64,000 nt of DNA from a bacterium. Its GTDB lineage: Bacteria > Patescibacteriota > Minisyncoccia > Phycocordibacterales > JBBTRF01. Location of the stretch: NCBI GenBank assembly GCA_037130265.1, contig JBAXTI010000001.1, positions 171,086 through 235,085 on the forward strand. Direction: 5' to 3'. A program made the translations under genes and the position numbers. Positions 1 to 9,231 of this stretch are shown piece after piece; positions within the stretch are counted from its first letter, which is position 1; each line of letters starts with the position of its first letter. Below the pieces are notes generated by a model. That model saw nothing but the letters and a program-made list of their open reading frames with translations. It ran no database searches and was not told the origin of the DNA.

Positions 1-401
1 AGAAGAAGAAGCTTGCGGAGGGCCATTACGGCGCCTCGATGCGTCTTGGTGCGTATCCGGCACACTTGGTGAAGGGAACGATTGCCAATGAAGCGTATGG
101 TGCGGAAGTAATCTCAGAACGACATCGACATCGATACGAGGTGAATCCAGCCTACATTGCCGATATCACTTCGAGTGCGAGCGTCGCTGTTTCTGATTCG
201 GGAGCAAAGGGTCCCGTGCCGCTTGTGTTCTCCGGCACTTCTCCCGATGGCCGGCTGATGGAGATTGCTGAACTGCCTCGTGCCGCGCACCCGTTTTTCC
301 TCGGCACACAATTCCACCCAGAATTTCTCGCCCGACCACTCGCACCGCATCCGTTGTTTAGCGAATTTTTGAAGGCTGCGGGGAAGAGGAGGGGGAAGTA
401 G
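1..401 (+). CDS. pyrG: CTP synthase, C-terminal glutamine amidotransferase part (5' truncated by window)
   Basis: [14 protein letters not shown] and QFHPEF motifs; frame open to the window start. Confidence 0.95.
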   Translation, partial: KKKLAEGHYGASMRLGAYPAHLVKGTIANEAYGAEVISERHRHRYEVNPAYIADITSSASVAVSDSGAKGPVPLVFSGTSPDGRLMEIAELPRAAHPFFLGTQFHPEFLARPLAPHPLFSEFLKAAGKRRGK

Positions 402-420
402 AGGATAGGGGGAGAAATGA

Positions 421-493
421 AATTTCCTTTATCGGAAATTAGTGATTTCTTTACTGTTTCTTAGCAGTTTCTTGATCGGTGCTTTGGTATGGT
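421..493 (+). promoter_or_regulatory. Conserved promoter/operator element, copy 1 of 3
   Basis: Ungapped match to 27450-27522 and 63669-63741; core TTTCTTAGCAGTTTC at 457-471; -10-like TATGGT at 488-493, 6 nt before ATG 500. Confidence 0.65.
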
Positions 494-499
494 TGATGT

Positions 500-1024
500 A
501 TGACCCCGTCAGATCATAGTAATCTCGATTATTCAACGATTTCGTTCGAAAAATTAACCGACTCAGAGATTAAAAGATTAGTTGTCTCTGGGGCGGTAAC
601 TCTGTTTGAAGTAGTCGGGCGCTACCTTATGGCTGAAACTGTCGAGGAGGGTGCGCGCATCGTTTCGGAGCTAGAAGGTAGGATATTCTATAGTAAATCA
701 ATTAAGAGTTATTTCGTTGTTGACGAAATAACTCTTGCCCATCTTTTCGGGAAGGTCAGGATAGATAAGGACTATCTTAGGCGCGCTCGTCTATTGGCGA
801 GTGGAATCGAAATCGCAGAAGACTCCACGAATCTTGTTGTGATAGATGCGAAAACTGATGCTGACAAGGCTATTGTGTATTACGAAATCTTGGGAAGTGA
901 CTTGGTGCGGTTTCCGGAAAAAATAATTCGAGTAAAGATTTCTGAAATGAAGCCATTTGGCAAAAAACTCTGGACAGTTGTTGATATTTCTATCTTAAAA
1001 AACAAAATCCCACCACAGGGGTGA
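500..1024 (+). CDS. Hypothetical protein, 174 aa
   Basis: ATG ORF filling the gap, preceded by a -10 element; AT-richer than neighbours; no recognised family. Confidence 0.65.
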   Translation: MTPSDHSNLDYSTISFEKLTDSEIKRLVVSGAVTLFEVVGRYLMAETVEEGARIVSELEGRIFYSKSIKSYFVVDEITLAHLFGKVRIDKDYLRRARLLASGIEIAEDSTNLVVIDAKTDADKAIVYYEILGSDLVRFPEKIIRVKISEMKPFGKKLWTVVDISILKNKIPPQG

Positions 1025-1186
1025 GATGTTGTTTAAGGTTGGAGGGGCGCCAATCCCTCATCGCTCTAAGGCAGCAGTGGGGCGTCTTTCTGACTTTCAA
1101 CCTTACATCTAAGGAGGGCGGCGGGTCCTCATCCATCACCTCGTGAGAGGGTGTGCCAGCGAGCCTTTCTGGCGTCAAAGATTACC
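997..1186 (-). ncRNA. Candidate orphan structured ncRNA A (~190 nt)
   Basis: Minus-strand TTGACC(1220-1215)-17 nt-TATACT(1197-1192) promoter with extended TG; several hairpins; terminator ATCTCACC/GGTGGGAT plus U-rich tail at 1027-997; no credible CDS. Confidence 0.55.
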
Positions 1187-1240
1187 TAAAAAGTATAGCA
1201 AAGCGTGTCACGACGGTCAACTTCATGTTAAGCTTTCTAC

Positions 1241-1849
1241 GTGTCATATGCACCGAACAAAAAGCCAGAAAACATCGAAATCGAGGCGAAGTTTTTGGAT
1301 ATTGACCCAAAGCAGATTGAGGCGAGGCTCGTGGCGGCTGGCGCCCAGAAGCTGGGCGATTTCTTGTATCGATCGAAGGCTTTTGATTTTCCTGGATTTC
1401 CGCTCGATGCCCAGGCGGCTTGGGTGCGTCTCCGCGATGAAGGCGACCAGGTGATGCTCGCGTTCAAAAAACGTCTTGGTGCCGCCACGCACGATGGCTC
1501 GACTTCCGACACTGGGATGCAGGAGATTGAGGTGAAGGTGAGCGACTACGACAAGACCGCACTCTTGCTCGAAAGTATCGGCATGGTGTTGAAATTTGCC
1601 CAGGAAAAGAAGCGTACCCGCTGGGTGCTCGGCGACATCCAATTTGACCTCGATGAGTGGCCACGCCTGAAGCCATATTTGGAGATTGAGTCGACGAGTT
1701 GGGAGAAGGTGGACGAAGGCGCTCGGCTCGTCGGGCTTGATCCTGCGAGCAAGAAGCTTTTTTCCACGACGCAGGTGTATGCCTTGAATGGTATCCGCGA
1801 CAAGGACTATGTCAGCATGACGTTTGGGGAGTGGGTGAGGCGGGATTAG
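1241..1849 (+). CDS. CYTH-domain protein (class IV adenylate cyclase-like)
   Basis: N-terminal EIEAKF (ExExK), WVRLR, EKKRTRW, YLEIE motifs. Confidence 0.85.
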   Translation: MSYAPNKKPENIEIEAKFLDIDPKQIEARLVAAGAQKLGDFLYRSKAFDFPGFPLDAQAAWVRLRDEGDQVMLAFKKRLGAATHDGSTSDTGMQEIEVKVSDYDKTALLLESIGMVLKFAQEKKRTRWVLGDIQFDLDEWPRLKPYLEIESTSWEKVDEGARLVGLDPASKKLFSTTQVYALNGIRDKDYVSMTFGEWVRRD

Positions 1850-1941
1850 GGTTATTCACGAGGGCTTGAAAAAAAGGCTGTTTTAGGGTATTTTAGGTGT
1901 TCGGCGTCTCAGAGCCTTAGGTCTTTATGTTCGCCAGATAT

Positions 1942-2015
1942 TGCCAGATCGTCTAAAGGTAGGACCGCAGCCTCTGGAGCTGTGTATCTTGGTTCGAATC
2001 CAAGTCTGGCAGCCA
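1942..2015 (+). tRNA. tRNA-Gln(CTG)
   Basis: Acceptor TGCCAGA/TCTGGCA, anticodon arm GCAGC-CT-CTG-GA-GCTGT, GGTTCGAATCC, encoded CCA. Confidence 0.95.
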
Positions 2016-2066
2016 GCCTGAACTCACCCCCTGAAATACTTCTCACCCTCACACGGCCTAGTAGGT

Positions 2067-2582
2067 ATGGACAAAAACACACTCATTGCGATCATTGGTA
2101 CGCTCGCTGTTGCTCTGGGCATTAGTCTGTACTTCATCTATTCCTCTCCCGACAAAACGGGGTCGGCGGTCGTCGCGCCAGACAATGCTTCAATTGTCTA
2201 CAAAAACACCGACTACGGCTTCACTTTTTCTTTGCCAGCGAATTGGGTGGGGTATTCGATTGTCGCTACGACCTGGAAAGGGTTTCCGCTGAAAGAAACA
2301 GCAGCGCCATCTGGTCCAAAACTCCTCATACGAAATCCGAAGTGGACAGCGGCTGCACCGTATGAAGATCTGCCGATACTTGTTTTCACTACTGCAGAAT
2401 GGAAGGCGTACCTAGCCGAGGATTTCTCGGTATCGGCAGCACCGATCCCTGCGAGCGAATTGGCACACAACAATACATACGTTTTTGCTCTCCCGCCGCG
2501 TTGGAATTTTGACGCGAGTATCGGGTACGAAGAGGCGGTGAATATTATTGCAAAAAATCCACTCCACGCTTTTGATTTGTAG
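2067..2582 (+). CDS. Membrane-anchored exported hypothetical protein
   Basis: N-terminal TM helix followed by YKNTDYGFTFSLP (YxNxxYGF motif). Confidence 0.75.
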   Translation: MDKNTLIAIIGTLAVALGISLYFIYSSPDKTGSAVVAPDNASIVYKNTDYGFTFSLPANWVGYSIVATTWKGFPLKETAAPSGPKLLIRNPKWTAAAPYEDLPILVFTTAEWKAYLAEDFSVSAAPIPASELAHNNTYVFALPPRWNFDASIGYEEAVNIIAKNPLHAFDL

Positions 2583-2655
2583 GAGCGGGGTAGGGGCACC
2601 TGCCTTGCTGAATAAAACATGGTAAAATTAATACCTACCTATATAAGTAGATATT

Positions 2656-3054
2656 ATGTTTATAAAACTATACACAATCGCGTTGCCTGTTTTCTTCGCC
2701 ATTGATTTGCTGTGGCTCGGGGTGGTCGCTAAAGGTTTTTATGCCAAGCAAATTGGCGCACTCCTCAAGCCGGATGTAAATTGGACTGCCGCCATCCTCT
2801 TCTACCTCCTCTTTATTGCGGGTTTGGTAGTGTTTGTTATTGCACCAGCAGTGGAGAAGCACTCTTGGAATCACGCACTGCTCTTTGGTGCGCTGTTTGG
2901 CTTGGTTTGCTACGCCACGTATGACCTCACCAATCTTGCCTTGGCAAAAGATTGGCCTCTGCTCGTCACTGTTGTCGATTTGATCTGGGGAATGGTGCTG
3001 GCGTCTTCGGTTTCCGTGATGACATACCTTGTTGCAAGTAAAATTGGCCTATGA
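2656..3054 (+). CDS. DUF2177 family membrane protein
   Basis: IDLLWLG, YATYDLTNLA, DLIWG motifs; 4 TM. Confidence 0.85.
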   Translation: MFIKLYTIALPVFFAIDLLWLGVVAKGFYAKQIGALLKPDVNWTAAILFYLLFIAGLVVFVIAPAVEKHSWNHALLFGALFGLVCYATYDLTNLALAKDWPLLVTVVDLIWGMVLASSVSVMTYLVASKIGL

Positions 3055-3839
3055 ATTACTACCTAACACTCGCTCTGCTCCTATTCGTATACATGAGCCT
3101 GTGGTTCGTGGTTTCATTGGTGAAAAAGAGAAACGACGTGGCCGATGTGGCGTGGGGTTTGGGCTTCGTACTCATGACGTGGACGTCTTTCTTCCTTGCC
3201 GGAAATAGCAGTGTGCGAGGAATGTTGGTGGGGATATTGGTGAGTATCTGGGGTGTGCGCCTGGCTTGGCATATTCACGCCAGAAACAAGGGCAAGACAG
3301 AGGACTATCGGTATCTCGCGTGGAGGAAGGAGTGGGGCAAATGGTTTTACCTCCGCTCGTATCTTCAGGTGTATCTGTTGCAGGGAGTGCTCTTGTTTCT
3401 CATTGTTTCGCCGGTATTGTTCATCAACAAGAATGTGGGCCCAGACCTCGGCTTGCTCGATGGTATTGGAGTGGCGGTGTGGCTTTTCGGATTTTATTTT
3501 GAGGCTGTTGGGGATGCGCAGCTCGCGCGATTTATCAAAGATCCTGCCAACAAAGGCAAGCTTATGCAGAGTGGTTTGTGGGCATACACTCGCCATCCAA
3601 ATTATTTTGGCGAAGTGGTGCAGTGGTGGGGGATTTGGATTGTCGCCATGTCTATTCCTGGCGGACTGATCGGTATTATTGGTCCGGTTACGATCACTAT
3701 TTTGATCTTGAAAGTTTCCGGTATCCCAATGCTTGAGAAGAGAATGGAAGAAAATCCGGATTTCGCGGAGTACAAACAGCGGGTGAGTGTGTTTTTCCCT
3801 TTGCCACCTCGGCGATCGGTGGGTCAGCTGCCGCAATAG
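3051..3839 (+). CDS. DUF1295 / steroid 5-alpha-reductase-like membrane protein
   Basis: EDYRY, GDAQL, GLWAYTRHPNYFGE motifs; ATGA-type overlap with upstream gene. Confidence 0.9.
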   Translation: MNYYLTLALLLFVYMSLWFVVSLVKKRNDVADVAWGLGFVLMTWTSFFLAGNSSVRGMLVGILVSIWGVRLAWHIHARNKGKTEDYRYLAWRKEWGKWFYLRSYLQVYLLQGVLLFLIVSPVLFINKNVGPDLGLLDGIGVAVWLFGFYFEAVGDAQLARFIKDPANKGKLMQSGLWAYTRHPNYFGEVVQWWGIWIVAMSIPGGLIGIIGPVTITILILKVSGIPMLEKRMEENPDFAEYKQRVSVFFPLPPRRSVGQLPQ

Positions 3840-3927
3840 ACTACATTCGCCGAAGGAGGCGGAAAGATTTTTGGCTGGTCTGTGATTCTCAATAATTCTC
3901 CAAGTATCAATGTGGTAGAATGGCGAA

Positions 3928-4914
3928 ATGATTAACCCTCAGGAACAAGAGAAAGGGGCCCTGGAAGCAGCTCCGCTATCGGAACTCGAAGCGTTTCGAC
4001 GCAGTCGGCACGAACAGTGGAATACGCCCGCTGAGACTATCGAGTCTTTGGTGTTGAGGGCGACTGGCTCAGCATTGAACACGCAACGTAGGATTATTGG
4101 GGGTGAGACGAATGAGGTATATGAGGCGGTGACCGATTCTGGGCAGGAGGTTATTGTCCGTATTTCTCATGGCAAGAGAAATCGGTTTGAGAAAGAGCAG
4201 TGGGCGCTACAGCAGTGTGCGAAAGTGGGTGTGCCTGCGCCAGAAATGCTTTTGGTGGATAGTCTCAGTGTTGGTGGCAAGAATGTGTATGTTTGCGTTG
4301 AAACAAAGCTCCCTGGAGTGGGTTTGGATACAGTCCCCGTTAGTGAGAGGACTGGCATACTTCGTGAGCTCGGTGAACTGTTGGGTCGACTGCATTCGAT
4401 AAAGACTGAAGGGTTTGGTATTTTGGATAGTGAGGGACGAGGAAAATTTACGTCTGTACCGGAGTTGGTTATTGGTGACCATCAGGTTCATTTTCGAAAG
4501 ATCATCAACGCACTTGAGGGAAGAACGGAAGATATTTCGTGTCTTCAGGAAGCCTCAGCGATTTTAGAGAAAGAAGCGCAATCCCACGTGAAGGACGCGC
4601 CGTGCTTGGTGCACAATGACCTTTGTCCGCAACACGTTTTGGTCCATAATGGAAAGATTTCGGGAATCATCGACTTTGAGAGTGCACAAGGTGCCGATGC
4701 CTCAGTTGATTTTGGACGTTGGGAGATACGATATGGAAAGGACTACCCTTTGAACAGTATTGAAGAGGGATACGACCAAAGAAATGCGCACTTCTGGAAG
4801 ATGTATCGCACGTTTGGTAGTCTGCGATACTGCGTGGAACACAAAAAAGAGACAGGAATTACTGCGGCGATACAGGCAATACGAGAGTCGGCAGAGTTTT
4901 TGGCAAGGAAATAA
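3928..4914 (+). CDS. Aminoglycoside phosphotransferase-like kinase (APH family)
   Basis: LVHNDLCPQHVL (Brenner-like) and IIDFE motifs. Confidence 0.85.
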   Translation: MINPQEQEKGALEAAPLSELEAFRRSRHEQWNTPAETIESLVLRATGSALNTQRRIIGGETNEVYEAVTDSGQEVIVRISHGKRNRFEKEQWALQQCAKVGVPAPEMLLVDSLSVGGKNVYVCVETKLPGVGLDTVPVSERTGILRELGELLGRLHSIKTEGFGILDSEGRGKFTSVPELVIGDHQVHFRKIINALEGRTEDISCLQEASAILEKEAQSHVKDAPCLVHNDLCPQHVLVHNGKISGIIDFESAQGADASVDFGRWEIRYGKDYPLNSIEEGYDQRNAHFWKMYRTFGSLRYCVEHKKETGITAAIQAIRESAEFLARK

Positions 4915-4915
4915 C

Positions 4916-5413
4916 ATGGAACTTCGATCAACATTTGAATACGATGGTCAGACGTATCATGGTCACTATGTTGAGATCGATCCAGATGTTGATATCGGGA
5001 AGACGGTGAAGATGAGTGTTCGAGGCGTCTGTTTTTATGGAGATAAAATTGTCATCGTCTACGACTCAAAGAAAAAGAAATGGTCTCTTCCTGGTGGCGG
5101 GATGGAGTCGGGAGAAACATATCGTCAGGCGATTGTGCGGGAGATAAAGGAGGAAACGAACATGCGAGTTGTGCATGAGGAGTGGATTGGCTACCAGGAT
5201 GTCACCTGTCCAGATGGTAAAGTACTCCGTCAGCCGCGGTGTTTTTGCATCGTTGAGCCATTTGGAGATTTTGCTGCCGACCCGGACGGGGATATTACGG
5301 AAATTAAGCTTATCGAGCCCCTCGATTACAGCGCCTATTTCGATTGGGGAGAAATTGGTAATCGAACGATTCAGAAAGCGATGGAGATGAGGGCTGGCCA
5401 TACCAAAAAATAA
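4916..5413 (+). CDS. NUDIX hydrolase
   Basis: Nudix box GGGMESGETYRQAIVREIKEET; ATG at 4916 right after APH stop. Confidence 0.9.
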   Translation: MELRSTFEYDGQTYHGHYVEIDPDVDIGKTVKMSVRGVCFYGDKIVIVYDSKKKKWSLPGGGMESGETYRQAIVREIKEETNMRVVHEEWIGYQDVTCPDGKVLRQPRCFCIVEPFGDFAADPDGDITEIKLIEPLDYSAYFDWGEIGNRTIQKAMEMRAGHTKK

Positions 5414-5419
5414 CTCATC

Positions 5420-6709
5420 CTAATTTATCTGTGTAGAATTCCCCGCCACGAAACCAGTTGTCCAGCATAGCTGAAGGCTGTAGCCGCCGGAAGGGCGGTC
5501 GACGTTGAGAATGTCGCCGATGAGAAAAAGGTTGGGGAAGCGGCGGGAGCGCATGGTTTTGAAATCCACTTCGTCGAGCAAGACGCCGCCTGAGGTGACG
5601 ATGGCTTTGTCGACACCAAGCAGACCCTCTACCTCCGCCGGCAGGGCTTTGAGAAGTTGTACGAGGGCGAGGCGCTGTTCGCGCGAGACTTTGTTGCACC
5701 AAATGTCTGGATCGATGGAAGCGAGCTCTAGGACGATAGGCGAAAGAGCTGCGGGGACGAGTTCGTCGAGAGTGTTTTTCAATTTCTTTTTGCCATTCGC
5801 ATCGAGCATTTCTTGGAGCTTGGTGTTGAGTTGGCCGTAGTCGAATTGTGGGAGTGTGTCGATTGAGATAGTCACCTCACCGTACTTGAGGAGCTCGCTC
5901 ACGTCGCGACTCATGTTGAGGATAGTCGGGCCCGATAGACCAAAGTGGGTGAAAAGGAGGCGGCCGTTGTTTGTTTGCTGCTTGACGCCATTTTGAAAGA
6001 GAGAAATTTTTGCTTCTTGCAGTGTGATGCCTTGCAGGCGCTTCACCCAGGTAGACGAATTTTTGACTGCGATTGGTACGAGTGAAGCGCTGGGTTCGAT
6101 AATGGTGTGGCCGAGATCTTTGAGCCAATTGAAGCCGTCGCCGGTGGAGCCGGTCTCTGGGCGCGACTTTCCGCCGGTCGCGAGCACGAATTCTTTGGAC
6201 CGGACGATCTCTGGTCCGTTTTTACCAGCGATTTTCACGCCGGAAATCCGGCCGGCCTCGGTCTCAAAACCAAGTACAGGTGTATTCGAAAGCACGGTCA
6301 CCTTGCCTTGTTGCAAATATTCAACAAGCACGTCCCAGACCGATTGGGCGGTGTTGCTGGCAGGGAAGACGCGCTGAAGTGCCTCGATTTTTGTCGGCAT
6401 GTTGCGGCCGTGGAAGAAGTCGAGGGTTTCCTGCACGCTCCACTGTGAGAAAGCTGAGAAGAGGTATTTGTCGCTGTCTTTGAATTTGGCGAGGAGCTTG
6501 CGGGTGTCGAGCTCGGCGTTGGTGACATTACAGCGTCCGCCGCCGGTGATGAGGAGTTTTTTGCCCAAGGAGTCGTTTTTCTCGATGAGCAAGACTCGCG
6601 CGCCGCGTTCCGCGGCGCGCCCAGCTGCCATCATGCCTGCCGGCCCTCCGCCGATGACCACGAGGTCCCAGAGCGGTTTCTGGTCTTGTTTTGTTGCGTC
6701 GAGATGCAT
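5420..6709 (-). CDS. HI0933/BaiN (YhiN-like) flavoprotein
   Basis: GGGPAG, GKKLLITGGGRCNVTN, ATGG, GGYSLQ motifs. Confidence 0.92.
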   Translation of the reverse strand: MHLDATKQDQKPLWDLVVIGGGPAGMMAAGRAAERGARVLLIEKNDSLGKKLLITGGGRCNVTNAELDTRKLLAKFKDSDKYLFSAFSQWSVQETLDFFHGRNMPTKIEALQRVFPASNTAQSVWDVLVEYLQQGKVTVLSNTPVLGFETEAGRISGVKIAGKNGPEIVRSKEFVLATGGKSRPETGSTGDGFNWLKDLGHTIIEPSASLVPIAVKNSSTWVKRLQGITLQEAKISLFQNGVKQQTNNGRLLFTHFGLSGPTILNMSRDVSELLKYGEVTISIDTLPQFDYGQLNTKLQEMLDANGKKKLKNTLDELVPAALSPIVLELASIDPDIWCNKVSREQRLALVQLLKALPAEVEGLLGVDKAIVTSGGVLLDEVDFKTMRSRRFPNLFLIGDILNVDRPSGGYSLQLCWTTGFVAGNSTQIN

Positions 6710-6784
6710 AAAAACTATCCTACCACATTGTTTCTGTTTCGAGTCAATTGTTCGCTTTTTCTGGTGGGTGGTAAAATAGAGGGC

Positions 6785-7642
6785 ATGGACTCTTCAGACA
6801 GAGAAAACAACACCCAAGAAGCTCCCAGCGTCGCGCTTTTTCGGGGTAATCGGATCCGTAGGCTACTCCATAATGGCGAGTGGTGGTTTTCTGTGGTGGA
6901 TGTGGTTGAGGCGCTTACTGGGAGCGTAAATCCTCGCGATTATTGGTTCAGGATGAAGGATCGGGTAAAAGAAGACGATGGTTTTCAACTGTCGACAATT
7001 TGTCGACAGTTGAAATTGGAGGCTCCAGACGGCAAAATGCGAGAGACGGATTGCGCTGATGTTGAAGGCATGTTTCGTGTCATTCAGTCGATTCCTTCGT
7101 CAAAGGCCGAGCCATTTAAGCGTTGGTTGGCCAGGGTGGGTTTTGAGCGACTAAAAGAGATCGAGAATCCAGAATTGGCCACAAAACGAACTCGCGTCCT
7201 ATACAAAGCAAAGGGATACAGCGAGGATTGGATCGAGAAGCGCATGAGAGGTATTGTCATTCGCGAAGAGCTCACCGAGGAATGGAAGATGCGCGGTGCA
7301 GATGGTCAGCAAGATTTTGAGATACTGACAGCTGAGATTTCCAAGGCGACTTTTGGTGTCACCCCGAGCGAATACAAGAAGCTCAAGGGGTTGGAGCGGG
7401 AAAATCTACGCGATCATATGGATGATTTTGAGCTGATTTTTAATATGCTCGGTGAACGTGCCACTACTGAGATTCACCGCAATGAGGACTCGAAGGGTGT
7501 TGAGAAACTCAAAAGTGATGCGAAAGTAGGTGGTGGTATTGCTGGCGGGGCGCGGAAGTCTCTGGAAAAACGCCTCGGCCGGCCAGTCGTATCGAGGAAG
7601 AATTTTTTGAAGGGCGGAGAGGATAGGAAAAAGTTGAAGTAA
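6785..7642 (+). CDS. Bro-N domain DNA-binding protein (phage antirepressor-like)
   Basis: WWFSVVDVV, DGKMRETD, IQSIPSSKAEPFKRWLA, NLRDHM motifs; ATG 6785 is 7 nt after TAAAAT. Confidence 0.88.
   Translation: MDSSDRENNTQEAPSVALFRGNRIRRLLHNGEWWFSVVDVVEALTGSVNPRDYWFRMKDRVKEDDGFQLSTICRQLKLEAPDGKMRETDCADVEGMFRVIQSIPSSKAEPFKRWLARVGFERLKEIENPELATKRTRVLYKAKGYSEDWIEKRMRGIVIREELTEEWKMRGADGQQDFEILTAEISKATFGVTPSEYKKLKGLERENLRDHMDDFELIFNMLGERATTEIHRNEDSKGVEKLKSDAKVGGGIAGGARKSLEKRLGRPVVSRKNFLKGGEDRKKLK
6983..7015. repeat. Perfect 16-bp-arm palindrome inside Bro-N CDS
   Basis: TTTCAACTGTCGACAA-T-TTGTCGACAGTTGAAA, encodes FQLSTICRQLK. Confidence 0.9.
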
Positions 7643-7686
7643 AAGCCCACCGTCGCTCACCATGGCCACATCGTCAAATAGATGCT

Positions 7687-9165
7687 ATGGTGAAGCCTAT
7701 GTCCCGCGAAGAGACCGTTGTCCGATTTGAGGAGGTGTCGTTTGAATACGGCCACAACAAGCCCATCCTGGATGAGGTGAGTTTTTCGCTGCGCAAGGGT
7801 ACCAAGACCACGATTATGGGCCAAAACGGGGCTGGAAAGAGCACCCTTTTTCAGCTCATCACCGGTGCGTTGCCTCCGGAAGAGGGAATCATCCACATTG
7901 GCCGGGGTACCAGCATCGCCCTCTCTCGCCAGGTGATCCCGCGCGACGAGCTCGACCTCACCGTCCGCGCATTCTTCGAGAAGCGTTTTGATACCAAAAT
8001 CTACGACATTGACCCACGCATCGACGAGGTGCTCGAAGTGGTGAACCTTAAGGGTCATGAAAAGCTCCATGACCGTATCGTGAAAAGCTTCTCCGGCGGT
8101 CAGCAAGCGCGTTTGTTGCTCGCTTCGGCATTGATTCAAAATCCCGATGTGCTTCTCCTCGATGAGCCAACCAACAATCTCGACAAAGCCGGCATTGCAC
8201 ACCTCACCGACTTTTTGAAGAAGTATGAAAAGACCTGTCTCGTGATCTCACACGACGCAGAGTTTTTGAATTCGTTCACCGATGGCGTGCTCTACCTCGA
8301 CGTGTTCACAAAAAAGATCGAGCAGTATGTCGGCAACTATCTCGACCTGCTTGAAGAAATCTCTGCGCGTATCGAAAAGGAGAATCGCAAAAATGCCCTC
8401 CTCTCGAAAGAGATCCAGGCCAACAAAGATCAGGCCAATGTGTTTGCCAACAAGGGAGGTAATATGCGCCTCGTCGCGAAGCGTATGCGCCAAAAGGCCG
8501 AAGCGCTCGAAGAAGAGAAGGTGGATGTGCGTCGTGAGGATAAGACGATTCGCAACTTTACTATTCCATCCCAGCCGGATTTGTTGGGTGAGATTATTTC
8601 GGTCACTTCTTTTTCAATCATCAATCCGAAGACCCACAAGCCAGTTTCGCGCAAAGTGAAGCTCGTGTTGAAGCGTAATCAGCATTTGTTGCTCAAGGGT
8701 CCAAACGGTATCGGCAAGAGTACCTTGCTCGAGTCTTTGGCGAGCGGCACCTCTGAAGGGGCAAAGATTCAGGATGGTGTGCGTGTCGGCTACTATCGCC
8801 AGGATTTTTCTACACTCAATTTTGAAGACACGGTGTATGACTCACTCGCGAGTGTGATGGACAAGCATATTGTGGAAACTTTGCGCGCGACCGCTGCAGG
8901 TTTTTTGATTACCGAAGAAATGATACACACCAAGATTGGTAGTCTTTCTGAGGGTCAGAAAGGGCTGGTGGCATTTGCACGACTTGTGCTTCAGCGACCG
9001 GGCTTGCTCATTCTCGACGAGCCGACCAACCACATCAACTTCCGTCATTTGCCGGTGATTGCCAAAGCCCTCCACGACTATCAGGGCGCCATGATCCTCG
9101 TGAGCCACGTGCCAGAATTTGTTGAGCAGGTGCGGATTGATGACACGTTGGATTTGGAGAAGTAG
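7687..9165 (+). CDS. ABC-F family ATPase
   Basis: Two NBDs (GQNGAGKST, FSGGQ, LDEPTNNLD; GPNGIGKST, LSEGQ, LDEPTNH), no TM domain. Confidence 0.92.
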   Translation: MVKPMSREETVVRFEEVSFEYGHNKPILDEVSFSLRKGTKTTIMGQNGAGKSTLFQLITGALPPEEGIIHIGRGTSIALSRQVIPRDELDLTVRAFFEKRFDTKIYDIDPRIDEVLEVVNLKGHEKLHDRIVKSFSGGQQARLLLASALIQNPDVLLLDEPTNNLDKAGIAHLTDFLKKYEKTCLVISHDAEFLNSFTDGVLYLDVFTKKIEQYVGNYLDLLEEISARIEKENRKNALLSKEIQANKDQANVFANKGGNMRLVAKRMRQKAEALEEEKVDVRREDKTIRNFTIPSQPDLLGEIISVTSFSIINPKTHKPVSRKVKLVLKRNQHLLLKGPNGIGKSTLLESLASGTSEGAKIQDGVRVGYYRQDFSTLNFEDTVYDSLASVMDKHIVETLRATAAGFLITEEMIHTKIGSLSEGQKGLVAFARLVLQRPGLLILDEPTNHINFRHLPVIAKALHDYQGAMILVSHVPEFVEQVRIDDTLDLEK

Positions 9166-9231
9166 GCGCGATTTTTTCGCGCAATCTTCTGTCTCTTCTC
9201 GAAAATCGCGGCCTAGGGCATAATAAAGGGT

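Noticed and set aside
1055-1082. GGCAGCAG in a hairpin resembling SRP RNA domain IV
   Set aside because: The opposing CAGG and a GNRA loop are missing, and promoter/terminator signals are on the other strand.
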